Notes under the pieces: generated by a model | Seen by the model: only the letters and a program-made list of their open reading frames with translations | Database searches by the model: none | What the model was told of the DNA's origin: nothing | In this document: piece after piece, positions 6,540 to 15,228 of the stretch | Position numbering within the stretch: the stretch's first letter is position 1 | How the letters are laid out: each line of letters opens with the position of its first letter | Program-made: the position numbers and the translations under genes | From: a virus | Taxonomy: Duplodnaviria; Caudoviricetes | Length of the DNA: 62,627 nt | IMG/VR virus record: IMGVR_UViG_3300030620_000006 | Location: 1-62,627 of that record | Strand: one strand, 5' to 3'

Positions 6540-8159
6540 TCACGCCGACCTCCCAACTTGCTCGATTGATTGGACTTCCTCGAAGGAGACGACCCGCCCG
6601 CCCCGCACCACCTGCACCGCGACCAGGCTCCGGTCACAATCCGAGCAGGTTGTGTCCAGACCCGGGCCACGGCGCAGTGATAGGTGCACATCGTCCACCC
6701 GCCACTTCGGAGACGACTTGAACCTGCCGAGCTTGCCCTTCGGCTGCTTGCCGGTCGCCGCGATCGTGACGTCCACACGCTCGACAAGCGATCTCAGAAT
6801 CCGCCGCCTCGCCGCCGCTCTGACAGGCTCTTCCAGGGCTGCTGCCGCCGCGTCGAGCGCCCGGTCCAGAGCCCCGCTGCGCGCCGCCTCCATCCGCCGG
6901 CGGGCCGAGCGGATCGTCTCCTCGAGGCGCTTGACCTGCCGGGCGGCTACGGCCCGCTGCTCCGCGAACTCGTCGCGGTCGATCTCGCCGTCCGCCCTCA
7001 TCGCGACCAGGCGGGCGAGCCGGGCGACCAGCTTGCCGCGCCGCCGCTCCATCGCCTCGATCTCGGCCGCCGGGTCGACCGCCGCGCCGGCGCGAGAACG
7101 CTCGACCAACTTCCGCACCGCGTCCGGGTGGCGCAGCAGCTCGGCGAAGCCCCGCCAGGTCAGATCGTCCACGGCCTGCCGCCGCACCCAGGCGCCGCCG
7201 CCGTCCCGGGGCCGGTAGTAGGAGCCGCCGTGGCTGCGGTCGATCACGACCCGCCGGCCGTCGACCCAGAGCAGGCCGGTCAGCATGCCCGGTAGGCCGG
7301 TCGAGGTGCCGCCGCGGTGGGCGCTGGCAGACTCCCAGGTCGCTGCGTCGATCAGAGGCTCGTGCGCTCCCTCGACCACGATGGCGTCCGGGTGGCTGGG
7401 ATCGAAGTGGAAGGCGCCGCGGTCGCCGTCTCGCCGCCACGCGCCGTTGATGATCGTGCCGAGGTAGACGGGGTTCCCGAGCACGCGCACCACCGCCGTC
7501 TTGCACCACCTACCGCCGCGAGAGGAGGGGATGCCCTCGGCATTCAGGCGCTCCGCGATGGCGCGCTGGCCGACGCCGGAGGCCGCCCACCGGAAGATGC
7601 GGCGCACGACGGCCGCCTCCTCGTCCACCACCTGCAACGTGCCGCGGAGCGGGTCGCCCGCCGGCGGGTTGTGGTAGCCGTAGGGCGCGGCGCCCCCAGT
7701 GACCTTGCCCTGACGCGCCTTCTCTCGCTTGCCCCTCTTGACCCGCTCCTTGAACCTCCGCACCTCGGCCGCGTCGACCAGTGAGACGATGCCGAAGGCG
7801 AGCCCGTCGGAGGCGTCGCCAAGGTCCCGTCGCGTGTTGTCCACCCACACCGCGATCTCCCGCTCGCGCAGCTCCCGCATGAGGAGCGCGACTTCCAGCT
7901 CGTCACCGCGGGTCAGACGGGATTGCTCGATACACCAGACGGCGTTCGCCCCGCCGGTGCGGATCGCGTCGAGCACCTGCTGCAGCACGTGGCGCTCACT
8001 GGCTGCGGCAGTGGCGGACTCAGTGCCCCTGAACTCGGCGACCGTCTGCCAGCCGTGCTGACCGGCCAGCTCGTGGTAGCGGCGGCGCTGGGCGTCGAGC
8101 GAGGCGCCGCGCTCCTCTTGGCGGTCGGTCGAGACGCGGTAGAGGGCGACTACTCGCAC
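6540..8159 (-). CDS. Large serine recombinase (integrase)
   Basis: YRVSTDRQ catalytic Ser, SRLTR, APYGY, NPVYLG, HEPLID and a coiled-coil C-terminus; GTG start at 8159 after GGAG. Confidence 0.92.
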   Translation of the reverse strand: MRVVALYRVSTDRQEERGASLDAQRRRYHELAGQHGWQTVAEFRGTESATAAASERHVLQQVLDAIRTGGANAVWCIEQSRLTRGDELEVALLMRELREREIAVWVDNTRRDLGDASDGLAFGIVSLVDAAEVRRFKERVKRGKREKARQGKVTGGAAPYGYHNPPAGDPLRGTLQVVDEEAAVVRRIFRWAASGVGQRAIAERLNAEGIPSSRGGRWCKTAVVRVLGNPVYLGTIINGAWRRDGDRGAFHFDPSHPDAIVVEGAHEPLIDAATWESASAHRGGTSTGLPGMLTGLLWVDGRRVVIDRSHGGSYYRPRDGGGAWVRRQAVDDLTWRGFAELLRHPDAVRKLVERSRAGAAVDPAAEIEAMERRRGKLVARLARLVAMRADGEIDRDEFAEQRAVAARQVKRLEETIRSARRRMEAARSGALDRALDAAAAALEEPVRAAARRRILRSLVERVDVTIAATGKQPKGKLGRFKSSPKWRVDDVHLSLRRGPGLDTTCSDCDRSLVAVQVVRGGRVVSFEEVQSIEQVGRSA

Positions 8160-8551
8160 TCGGGATCTCCGAGGAATGGGTAGGCGGCGAGCACGGACTC
8201 TGCGGCTCGCTGGGATGCGAGCGCGCGCAGCTTCCACCCGGTTTCGATGTCGGCGCGGCGGTCGTAGAGGTCCTCGGCGTCGGAGTCTACCGGTGACGTC
8301 GCCGCCGCCACCAGCTCCTTGAGCGGGCCGAGGTCTGGCGGCGGGGCGGCGAGGGCTTGCGCCGCCACTGCACGCGACTTGCGCGCCTCAGTGTGCACCC
8401 GGTGCGGCTCGCGGTCGACGACGCACTCGATAAACCAGAGCGCGCCTTTCGCCGCCGCCAGCGCCGCCCGCAGCCGCCCGACCTCCAGCGCGGCCAGCAG
8501 TTCGGTGCCCTCGGTCACCGCCTCACGCTCGATCTCTCGGGACGTTCTCAT
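8150..8551 (-). CDS. Hypothetical protein, paralog of 58048-58416
   Basis: Shares AALEVxRLRAAL, LxPLKELVAAA and VLAAYPxLG. Confidence 0.7.
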   Translation of the reverse strand: MRTSREIEREAVTEGTELLAALEVGRLRAALAAAKGALWFIECVVDREPHRVHTEARKSRAVAAQALAAPPPDLGPLKELVAAATSPVDSDAEDLYDRRADIETGWKLRALASQRAAESVLAAYPFLGDPECE

Positions 8552-8832
8552 GGCAGCTCCCCCGCCTCGACGAACGACCGCTTCGCCCCCAGCCGCCTTC
8601 TCACCATCGCGGCAGCGGACTTCCAGGCCTTCTTAGAGTCCTCGGAGTCGGCGTGCTCCGCCTTCCTGCTGAACTGGACAGCGAGGTTCTCCAGAAATAG
8701 GAGCTCGCTCCAGATGCTCAAAAGCATGACGTTGCGCGCCCAGTTGGAGATCGGAGCCGGACCACGCGCGCGGTCGATCTGCTCGCGCTCGGCCGGGGTG
8801 ACCCGAATCTGAATCCGCTCGGTTCTTTTCAT
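8548..8832 (-). CDS. Ribbon-helix-helix DNA-binding protein
   Basis: RTERIQIRVTPAEREQIDRA; TACAAT -10 box 7 nt before the ATG, with an inverted repeat just upstream (likely leaderless and autoregulated). Confidence 0.65.
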   Translation of the reverse strand: MKRTERIQIRVTPAEREQIDRARGPAPISNWARNVMLLSIWSELLFLENLAVQFSRKAEHADSEDSKKAWKSAAAMVRRRLGAKRSFVEAGELP

Positions 8833-8864
8833 CGCGATCATTGTACGCCACCTGGCGCACGAAG

Positions 8865-9080
8865 CTACAGTCCTGAGGCGATCTCCTCGACCGCCTCGAC
8901 AGTCCACCGCTCCACCAGCGCCCGGGCACCGGCTACGTCACCTCGATCGAGCGCCGCCAGAACCGCCCCCCGCACCCTGGCCGACGCCTCCCTGCGCTCC
9001 TCGGCGACGGCGAGCAGGGTGTCGGCGAGGGCGCCGTAGTCGGCCTCGTCAGGCGTCGAGAACTGGGCTATCCGGGCCAT
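8865..9080 (-). CDS. Hypothetical protein
   Basis: 71 aa ORF in operon orientation. Confidence 0.55.
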   Translation of the reverse strand: MARIAQFSTPDEADYGALADTLLAVAEERREASARVRGAVLAALDRGDVAGARALVERWTVEAVEEIASGL

Positions 9081-9109
9081 AGGCTACCCGATCCTCCGGG
9101 GCTTGAGGC

Positions 9110-9958
9110 TCACGCCGCCCTCCGATCGTCGATCCGCTCGTGCTCCCAAACCGACGCGATCAGCGCCCCCGGGGTTCCGCGGTCGATCCGGTCCAGCGCG
9201 CTGATCCGCACCGTCCCCGACTTGATCCCCTCGATGATGGCGCCGAGGTTCGGCAGGGCGACCAGGTAGCGGATGAGGTCACGCTCGGATACCGACGGCG
9301 GCGGTTCGCTGCGCCCCAGGCGCTCCTGGTCGGCGAGTCGGCCAAGTTCGACGCTGTCGATCTCGCCGTTGGCGAAGCGCTTGATCAGAGCCGCTCGCGA
9401 GCGCTTCGGCAGCTTCGACAGCTTGCGGGCGATGGAGTCGCCCAGGCGTCCCAGTTCCATCTGCTCGATGATCTGTTCGTCCATGTCGTCGAAGATCATC
9501 AGCAGTTGATAGGCCCTCGATCCGCACTCTCCGATCAGCTTCGCGGCGCCGACCTTGGTGTGCCCGCACTCCGTGGTCAGAAACCGCAGCTCGTGGGCCT
9601 TGTCGATCGGGTCGTGCTTCCGCAATAGATCGCTGTTTTCCGACAGGCAGGCGGTGATCGCATCCTCGTAGCTGCCCGTCCACTCCCACGCCCAGAAGTC
9701 GATCCGGTTCGCCGGGTTGGTCGCGTTCCATAGCTTGATCGCCGCCAGTCGCCGGCAGCCGAAGACGAGTTGTGGTTGGCCCTCCTGCCAGAACACGCAC
9801 CCGGGCTCGAGGAGGCGACCCAGGGCGCCGATGTCCGCCGCCAAAGGCTCGACCTCCCTCCGGCTGCGATGCATCTGCATGCCGGGGAAGAGCGGGCCGA
9901 TCTGGCTCAGCTCGTCAGGGCCGAAGCACAGGACCCGTCCCTGGTAGTCGGCGGGCAT
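9110..9958 (-). CDS. Divergent ParB-like protein with HTH
   Basis: LVFGCRRLAA, LSEN...RKHDPIDKAH and HTKVGAAKLIG. Confidence 0.7.
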   Translation of the reverse strand: MPADYQGRVLCFGPDELSQIGPLFPGMQMHRSRREVEPLAADIGALGRLLEPGCVFWQEGQPQLVFGCRRLAAIKLWNATNPANRIDFWAWEWTGSYEDAITACLSENSDLLRKHDPIDKAHELRFLTTECGHTKVGAAKLIGECGSRAYQLLMIFDDMDEQIIEQMELGRLGDSIARKLSKLPKRSRAALIKRFANGEIDSVELGRLADQERLGRSEPPPSVSERDLIRYLVALPNLGAIIEGIKSGTVRISALDRIDRGTPGALIASVWEHERIDDRRAA

Positions 9959-10233
9959 CAGGCCACCTCCCTGCGATGCATCGGGATCACGTCGCCTGGT
10001 TTCTCATCGGGAGCGTTAGCCTTCGGCAAGCTCGGACCGATCGGCTCCCGACAGTCTGCCATTCCCGAGCACTTGGGCATCCGCCCGCCGGCCCACTTCT
10101 GCAACCACGGCGGTTCGTTGCGCTGCTTCCAGCGCGACCAGAGCGCAGGCCACAGCGCGATTAGAGCGGCGAAAGCGAAGCCCCCGGCGGCGCTGGCGAT
10201 GTATCCGAACATTGGCAACCTCCTTTGGTTCAT
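9958..10233 (-). CDS. Small membrane protein
   Basis: Hydrophobic N-terminal segment; TGATG coupling to the next gene. Confidence 0.55.
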   Translation of the reverse strand: MNQRRLPMFGYIASAAGGFAFAALIALWPALWSRWKQRNEPPWLQKWAGGRMPKCSGMADCREPIGPSLPKANAPDEKPGDVIPMHRREVA

Positions 10234-10374
10234 GTCTCTACCGCGGCCGGCGGTTCTGTCGCCGCGCGGCCTTGGCCGCCTGCCGGTCCTTGCGTTCCTG
10301 CTTGCGCCGGGTCTTTTCGGCCAATCGTTGCTCGCGGCGGGCCTCCAGAGAGGGCCGCTCGGCTGTGGAAAGGT

Positions 10375-10608
10375 TCATCGTTGGTTCTCCTTCCTCTTCG
10401 TCGCTCCCCGCCGGTAGGCGAGGCATGGTTCAAACGCTCGATCCAGTTGCGGGCTCCGGGGGTGCTCCGCGTTCTGTCGGTAGTGCCAGCCCTGCTTCCC
10501 GTAGGTCAGGGGCGGCACGAGATGGGCACAGCCACAGGTCGACTCGCGGTCGAGCAGTGCCTCCGCGAAGAGGTCGGCTTCCGCCCACGCTTGCTGCTGG
10601 GCGCTCAC
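10375..10608 (-). CDS. Hypothetical protein
   Basis: 77 aa, GTG start after GGAGG. Confidence 0.5.
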   Translation of the reverse strand: MSAQQQAWAEADLFAEALLDRESTCGCAHLVPPLTYGKQGWHYRQNAEHPRSPQLDRAFEPCLAYRRGATKRKENQR

Positions 10609-10644
10609 GCTGCCTCCGCGGCGGCGAGGGTGCGGGCGGCGATC

Positions 10645-11991
10645 TCAGTGCGCGTCACGGCGGTGCTCCCTTGATCGAAACGACATGGTCTCTCCGTTCC
10701 ACCAGGTCTCCACGATTCCAGTCGCCCCGCCACGGTTCTTTGCCACGATCAGTTCAGCATCCTCGGCCGGGGTTTCTGGGTGGTAGACGTGGTCCCGGTA
10801 CACGAAGATCACGGCGTCAGCGTCCTGCTCGACTGCCCCGGAGTCGCGGAGGTCGGAAAGCATGGGTCGCTTGTCCGGGCGCTTCTCACAGTCGCGGTTT
10901 AGCTGATGCAATGCAACGACCGTGATTCCGAGCGACTTCGCCAGCGCCTTGAGCCCGCGGGTGTTCTCCGCGATCGCGGTGTTTTCTTTCTCGTGTCTGC
11001 CGTCCGCCCTCAGCAATCCGAGGTGGTCGACCCATAGAACGCGCAGCCCCCCGGTCGTCACCTTGGCGCGGGCCGCCATCGCGAGCTGGCCAAGTCGGAG
11101 CGTCGCTCGGTCGTCGAGCGCAACGTCCGCCGTCCGAGCGATCTCCCGCGCCGCATCCTTCATCCGCTCGCGCTGCGCGCTGCTCGTGTAGCCGTCCCTC
11201 ATGCGGTGGATCTCGATCCCGGTTCGCCGTACCAGTGACCGTGTCGCGTACTCCTCGGCCGACATTTCCAACGAGAAGATCAGCGAGCGGTGCCCGTGGG
11301 TTTCCTGATGCTCGGCGATCTGCTGCGCGATCGACGACTTGCCCATGCCGGGCCGTCCGGCAATCACGATCAGTCGGCCGGGCTCGAATCCTCCGAGACG
11401 GTGATCGAGTTCGGGAAATCCGGTCGACGCCCCGCGCACTTCGCCCGGCGAGAGCGTCGAATACTCGGCCGCGGTCTGGATCGCCACCTCGCCGAGGCTT
11501 TGCGGCCCGGTCGCGATCTCGGACTCCGCGACCAGGCTGATGAGTCTGCCCTGGTGCTCGGCGATCAGGTCCTCGGCCTTCGACGATCCGGAGAGTGCGG
11601 CGCGCACCAGTCGCCCGCAGAGGTCGATCAGTTCGCGGCGCAGGCGAAGCTCCTCGAGGATCTGGACGTACTGCGCCGCTGCGCCGATGTCTGGCAGGTC
11701 GTTGTCGAGCGCGTAGAGGTAGGCGACTCCGCCGGCGTCGTCGAGGGTGTGCTCCGCCTCGAGCTTGGCCTGGATGGTCCGCGCGTCGAGCGGCATCCCC
11801 TCGGCGCGCAGTTCGGCGATGGCGGCGAAGATGAGCCGATGCTTCTCGCGGTGGAAAAGCTCCATCCGCAGCGACAGGGCGTCGAGGTTTTCCGGGGCGA
11901 GCATGATCGACGCGAGTACGGCACGCTCGACCTCCTCGCTCTCGGGCAGCGTCTCAACCTCCCGGATCTTGCGCACCGCGGCGACCGTCAC
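10645..11991 (-). CDS. dnaB: Replicative DNA helicase, DnaB family
   Basis: IAGRPGMGKS, FSLEMS, VDHLGL, QLNR, LSDLRDSGAVEQDAD and AKNRGG. Confidence 0.97.
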   Translation of the reverse strand: MTVAAVRKIREVETLPESEEVERAVLASIMLAPENLDALSLRMELFHREKHRLIFAAIAELRAEGMPLDARTIQAKLEAEHTLDDAGGVAYLYALDNDLPDIGAAAQYVQILEELRLRRELIDLCGRLVRAALSGSSKAEDLIAEHQGRLISLVAESEIATGPQSLGEVAIQTAAEYSTLSPGEVRGASTGFPELDHRLGGFEPGRLIVIAGRPGMGKSSIAQQIAEHQETHGHRSLIFSLEMSAEEYATRSLVRRTGIEIHRMRDGYTSSAQRERMKDAAREIARTADVALDDRATLRLGQLAMAARAKVTTGGLRVLWVDHLGLLRADGRHEKENTAIAENTRGLKALAKSLGITVVALHQLNRDCEKRPDKRPMLSDLRDSGAVEQDADAVIFVYRDHVYHPETPAEDAELIVAKNRGGATGIVETWWNGETMSFRSREHRRDAH

Positions 11992-12872
11992 GACTCACCC
12001 CCGGACCCGTGCTCGGCCTCGAAACGCGCCTGCACCTCGGCGACCGTCGGGAGAATCGGGTACTTCGACGGCGAGGCCTTAGGCGCCGCCGGCGGCTTCA
12101 AGGCGTAGCCGTCGCGGAGGTATTTGTCCGCGTGCGGGATGAAGCCGTCCTGCCACTTCTTGCAGCGCTTCCAAGCGGCGAGAGCGGAAAGAAGTTGGTC
12201 GCCTGGAGGGAGTTCGCCGTGCCGGTAGAGGTCGAAGAAGGCGCGCTCCGCCGCGGTCTCGTTCGGGATCGCTTCGGGCGGGTAGGCGTCTCGGAACCGA
12301 TCCCAGAGAGCAGAGGCGGACTCGTCAGAGTGCTCCCGACTCTCGCCCGCGCGCACACGCGCCTCTTGCTCTTCTTCGGAGCAGGAAGAGGAAAGGGAAG
12401 AGGAAGAGGATATGGTTCGCTTCCCGTTCGCCTCCCGTTCGTTTTCGTTCAACGTACGCTCAACGTCCGTTGAACGGACGTTCGAGGGTTTCGCCTTACG
12501 GCGGCGGGACTTTCCGGAGGCTATCCCCGCAAGACGAGCGAGCTTTCTGGTGGTTCGCTTCTTTTTCAGCCAAGATTCCCGCTCAGAAGCGAGTCGCGGA
12601 TTGACCAGCCGTTCACCGTCGTTGGTGTCCTGTTCGAAGCACCCGTTCAGTGCCGGCCACACCTCCCTCACGAACTGGTCAGGGGTGTGCGCGCGGGCTC
12701 CATCGTTGACGATCACGGCGAGCTTGCGCGGCTCTGCCGGGACGGTCCCTTCCTCCCACTGGTGGGAGAGGAGGCGAAGGTAGGCAGCGACTTGTTCGCC
12801 GTTCATCATCTTGACGTTCTCATCGCCCCAGAACGCTCTGGGGTCGAACAGGAATGGCCCCGATAGGCTCAC
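11988..12872 (-). CDS. Phage replication initiator, DUF1376/YdaU-like
   Basis: FDPRAFWGD...AAYLRLLSHQW...LVNPRL N-terminus, Ser-rich linker, FRDAYP...FIPHADKYL C-terminus; directly upstream of dnaB. Confidence 0.8.
   Translation of the reverse strand: MSLSGPFLFDPRAFWGDENVKMMNGEQVAAYLRLLSHQWEEGTVPAEPRKLAVIVNDGARAHTPDQFVREVWPALNGCFEQDTNDGERLVNPRLASERESWLKKKRTTRKLARLAGIASGKSRRRKAKPSNVRSTDVERTLNENEREANGKRTISSSSSLSSSCSEEEQEARVRAGESREHSDESASALWDRFRDAYPPEAIPNETAAERAFFDLYRHGELPPGDQLLSALAAWKRCKKWQDGFIPHADKYLRDGYALKPPAAPKASPSKYPILPTVAEVQARFEAEHGSGGES
12414..12482. promoter_or_regulatory. Putative replication origin (iterons) inside the initiator gene
   Basis: GTTCG/GTTCAACG-like repeats at ~11 bp spacing and a perfect inverted repeat AACGTCCGTT-G-AACGGACGTT (12462-12482). 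Confidence 0.5.
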
Positions 12873-13429
12873 GCCGAGCGGTCCCTCCGCCAGGTCTCCA
12901 TCGCCTCGTGTAGGTCGAGCACCCGCCCGATCTCGAACGCCCCATCCCACCTGACCAGCCACTCGGCCAGCTCCCCCGGAGTCCCGGTCGCGATCGACTT
13001 CGGCACCCGCACCGGGGAAGCGGCGATCATGGGTAGGCGGTAGACGGTCTCGATCGCTCTCAGCCTCCGCGCCAGGTCATCAGCCGAGCACGCGGTCTGC
13101 GGGCGATCCGCTACAGCGGCCAGCATCGCGGCCACCTCGGCGAGGTCGATGCCGTGATGCGCCTCGAACGCCGGCTGGCTCCACCCAGGAGAGTCGAGCT
13201 GCCGGTGGCACCGCCGGCAGAGCGGGGCGATGTGCCGCCAGTCCCCGCCGCCCTGCGACTGCCGGGTCAGGTAGTGGTGCGGGTCGGAGGGCGGTAGGGC
13301 TCCGCACGCGCAGCAGCGCAAGGCCTCGACGCGCGGGCCGTGGGCGCCGAAGGCTTGGGCGCGCAGCTTCTCCCGGCGGTCGGGGTTGGACCGGCGGAGG
13401 CGGGAGGGGCGAAGGGTGGAGAAGGTCAC
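12869..13429 (-). CDS. DUF968-like / HNH-like zinc-binding protein
   Basis: CCACG...DPHH...APLCRRCH...FEAHHGIDL. Confidence 0.7.
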   Translation of the reverse strand: MTFSTLRPSRLRRSNPDRREKLRAQAFGAHGPRVEALRCCACGALPPSDPHHYLTRQSQGGGDWRHIAPLCRRCHRQLDSPGWSQPAFEAHHGIDLAEVAAMLAAVADRPQTACSADDLARRLRAIETVYRLPMIAASPVRVPKSIATGTPGELAEWLVRWDGAFEIGRVLDLHEAMETWRRDRSA

Positions 13430-13638
13430 CTAAGCGCCCTCCTTGCTGATCGCCTTGATCAGGCGCACCCGCGCCCGGGTGCGCCCTGCGTCGGTCAGCA
13501 GGCCGTGCACAGCCAGTAGGGTGATCGCGTCGGCGCACCGCTGCCAGAAGGCGATCCGCTGCGGCGGCAGACGGTCGCCGAGCTGCTCGGCCAGTGGCGT
13601 AGCGAGGGCGCCGAAGGCGATGCCCCGGCGCGGCTCAT
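13430..13638 (-). pseudogene. Paralog of 19563-19793 with an apparent 1-nt deletion near the start
   Basis: The ATG is out of frame with the conserved FGxxA...LLTDA...RARxRLxKAI body; adding one G to the GGGG run restores it. Confidence 0.5.
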
Positions 13639-13822
13639 GAGCCCTCCCCCGGCGGCAGGTCGGTGGTGTCGAGCCCCACGCGAGCCGCCTCGCAGACGCG
13701 GCACGACCCGTCTGAGCACACGCACCAGGAGGCCCCCCCTGCGCGACATACCCGACCAGCCGCGCCCACGCTGTGCGAGCTTGATGCAGCGCCTCGCCCG
13801 CGTGGGTATCGTGGGGGTTCAT
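13635..13822 (-). pseudogene. Small Cys-containing protein with an apparent 1-nt deletion in a G7 run
   Basis: MNPHDTH...AQG continues as ASWCVCSDGSCRVCE... if one G is added, and then ends in an ATGA overlap. Confidence 0.45.
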
Positions 13823-13880
13823 GCGCCCTCCCGCGCCGGCAGGCCGACGCACTCGCGCAGGCGGCGGGCGGAGAGTTCGT

Positions 13881-14135
13881 TCACGATTGCACCTCTCGGC
13901 AGCCGTGGCCTTGCAGACTTTCGACCACGCCCGTCGTTTCGATCACCGCCTCATGGGCCGCGGACTCCCCGAGCCAGTGCGCGGTGCATTCCTCGCACCA
14001 CCAGTGGCGCTTGAGAGGAGCGTCAGCGGCAGGAGACTCAGGAAACATCACAGGCACCAGGACACCCTCTTCCTCGCAGGACCAGCAGACTCCGAGGTCG
14101 CCGCTCACCGCCTCACCCTCTGCGGCCGGGCTCAT
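13881..14135 (-). CDS. Hypothetical protein (2x CxxC)
   Basis: CWSC...CEEC; ATGA overlap with the upstream gene. Confidence 0.55.
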   Translation of the reverse strand: MSPAAEGEAVSGDLGVCWSCEEEGVLVPVMFPESPAADAPLKRHWWCEECTAHWLGESAAHEAVIETTGVVESLQGHGCREVQS

Positions 14136-14773
14136 ACACCCTCCCTTGGCGGCAAACCGACGGCGGAAGGTAGCTGCTTCAACAGCCAGTCCAGTTCGTC
14201 CAGGCGGCCTCGCGCTATGCCAGCATGCGCGATCCCGTCGTCTCGCTCCTGAAGCACCTTCAACCGCCGATTCTCGGCCTCCGCCAGCAGCTCCAGCAGC
14301 CCGCCGGCAGGCGCGGGCGCGGCGGCGAGAGCGGCGTCGATCCGAACGAGCACAGCCATGTAGGCTTCGGCGGGCTCCATGTCGCCGTCCTCGTCGCAAC
14401 ACTCCTTGATGCGTGGTCGCGCAGCCACCAGGACCTCCCGCAGCCCCGCCTCCCGCGCCCCCGCAGCGGCCAGCTCGGCCGCGTGGCGCTCCCAGATCGG
14501 GCGGAGGGCGGCGAGGGTCGCTCGCGCCACGCCCACCGGGCACGTCGAGAGGTGAGCCTGTCGGCCATCCTGGTCGTAGCCGTAGCAGTGACCGGCGCAC
14601 GGAATCTCGCGCTCGATCTCCGCCTCGATCTCCTGCCACCCGCCCGGCTGCTGCGCGGCCTTGGCCTCCGCGAGCACGTCGTCTACGGCATCGCGGTACT
14701 CCGCGTCCGTGGCGTAGCGGTCGGACTGGAGCGCGAGACGCGCGAGCACTTCGGACGGCGTGAGTTCGGCCAT
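14132..14773 (-). CDS. Hypothetical protein
   Basis: Coupled ORF with typical codon usage. Confidence 0.65.
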   Translation of the reverse strand: MAELTPSEVLARLALQSDRYATDAEYRDAVDDVLAEAKAAQQPGGWQEIEAEIEREIPCAGHCYGYDQDGRQAHLSTCPVGVARATLAALRPIWERHAAELAAAGAREAGLREVLVAARPRIKECCDEDGDMEPAEAYMAVLVRIDAALAAAPAPAGGLLELLAEAENRRLKVLQERDDGIAHAGIARGRLDELDWLLKQLPSAVGLPPREGV

Positions 14774-15228
14774 CACGCACCCCCGCCCGGAGTGGTCGCT
14801 GCCTGGATCACGTCGGCCAGTCGACCGCGGGCGTCGGCCAGCTCGGCGCGGAGGCGCAGAAGCTCATCGCTCAGACCGGCCAGCTCGGCGCGGAGAGCGG
14901 AGATCTCGGCGAAGTGTGCGGCGGTGATGATGCGGGCGGGTTGTCTGACCTTGTCGAACCGCGGGCAGTCGGGGTGATGCGAGGTGGGAAGCACCTCGTG
15001 CTCCGCGCAGTAGTCCCGTCCGAGGTGCGCTGGCATTTTCCGCAGCTCGGCGACCAGTTCCTCATCGCTCAGCTTGCTCGCCGCCGGCTGCGCGGCGCAG
15101 TGGTCGAGGGCGACGCGAGCGAGTTCGTCGAAGTCGGAGACGTACTGCCCCGGCTGCCCGGGCGAGAACTTCTGCGGCACAAGCAGCAGCTTCGCGGCCA
15201 GCTCGGCGATCTGTTCGTCCGTGCTCAC
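14773..15228 (-). CDS. Hypothetical protein with C-terminal coiled coil
   Basis: GTG start overlaps the recT stop. Confidence 0.6.
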   Translation of the reverse strand: MSTDEQIAELAAKLLLVPQKFSPGQPGQYVSDFDELARVALDHCAAQPAASKLSDEELVAELRKMPAHLGRDYCAEHEVLPTSHHPDCPRFDKVRQPARIITAAHFAEISALRAELAGLSDELLRLRAELADARGRLADVIQAATTPGGGA

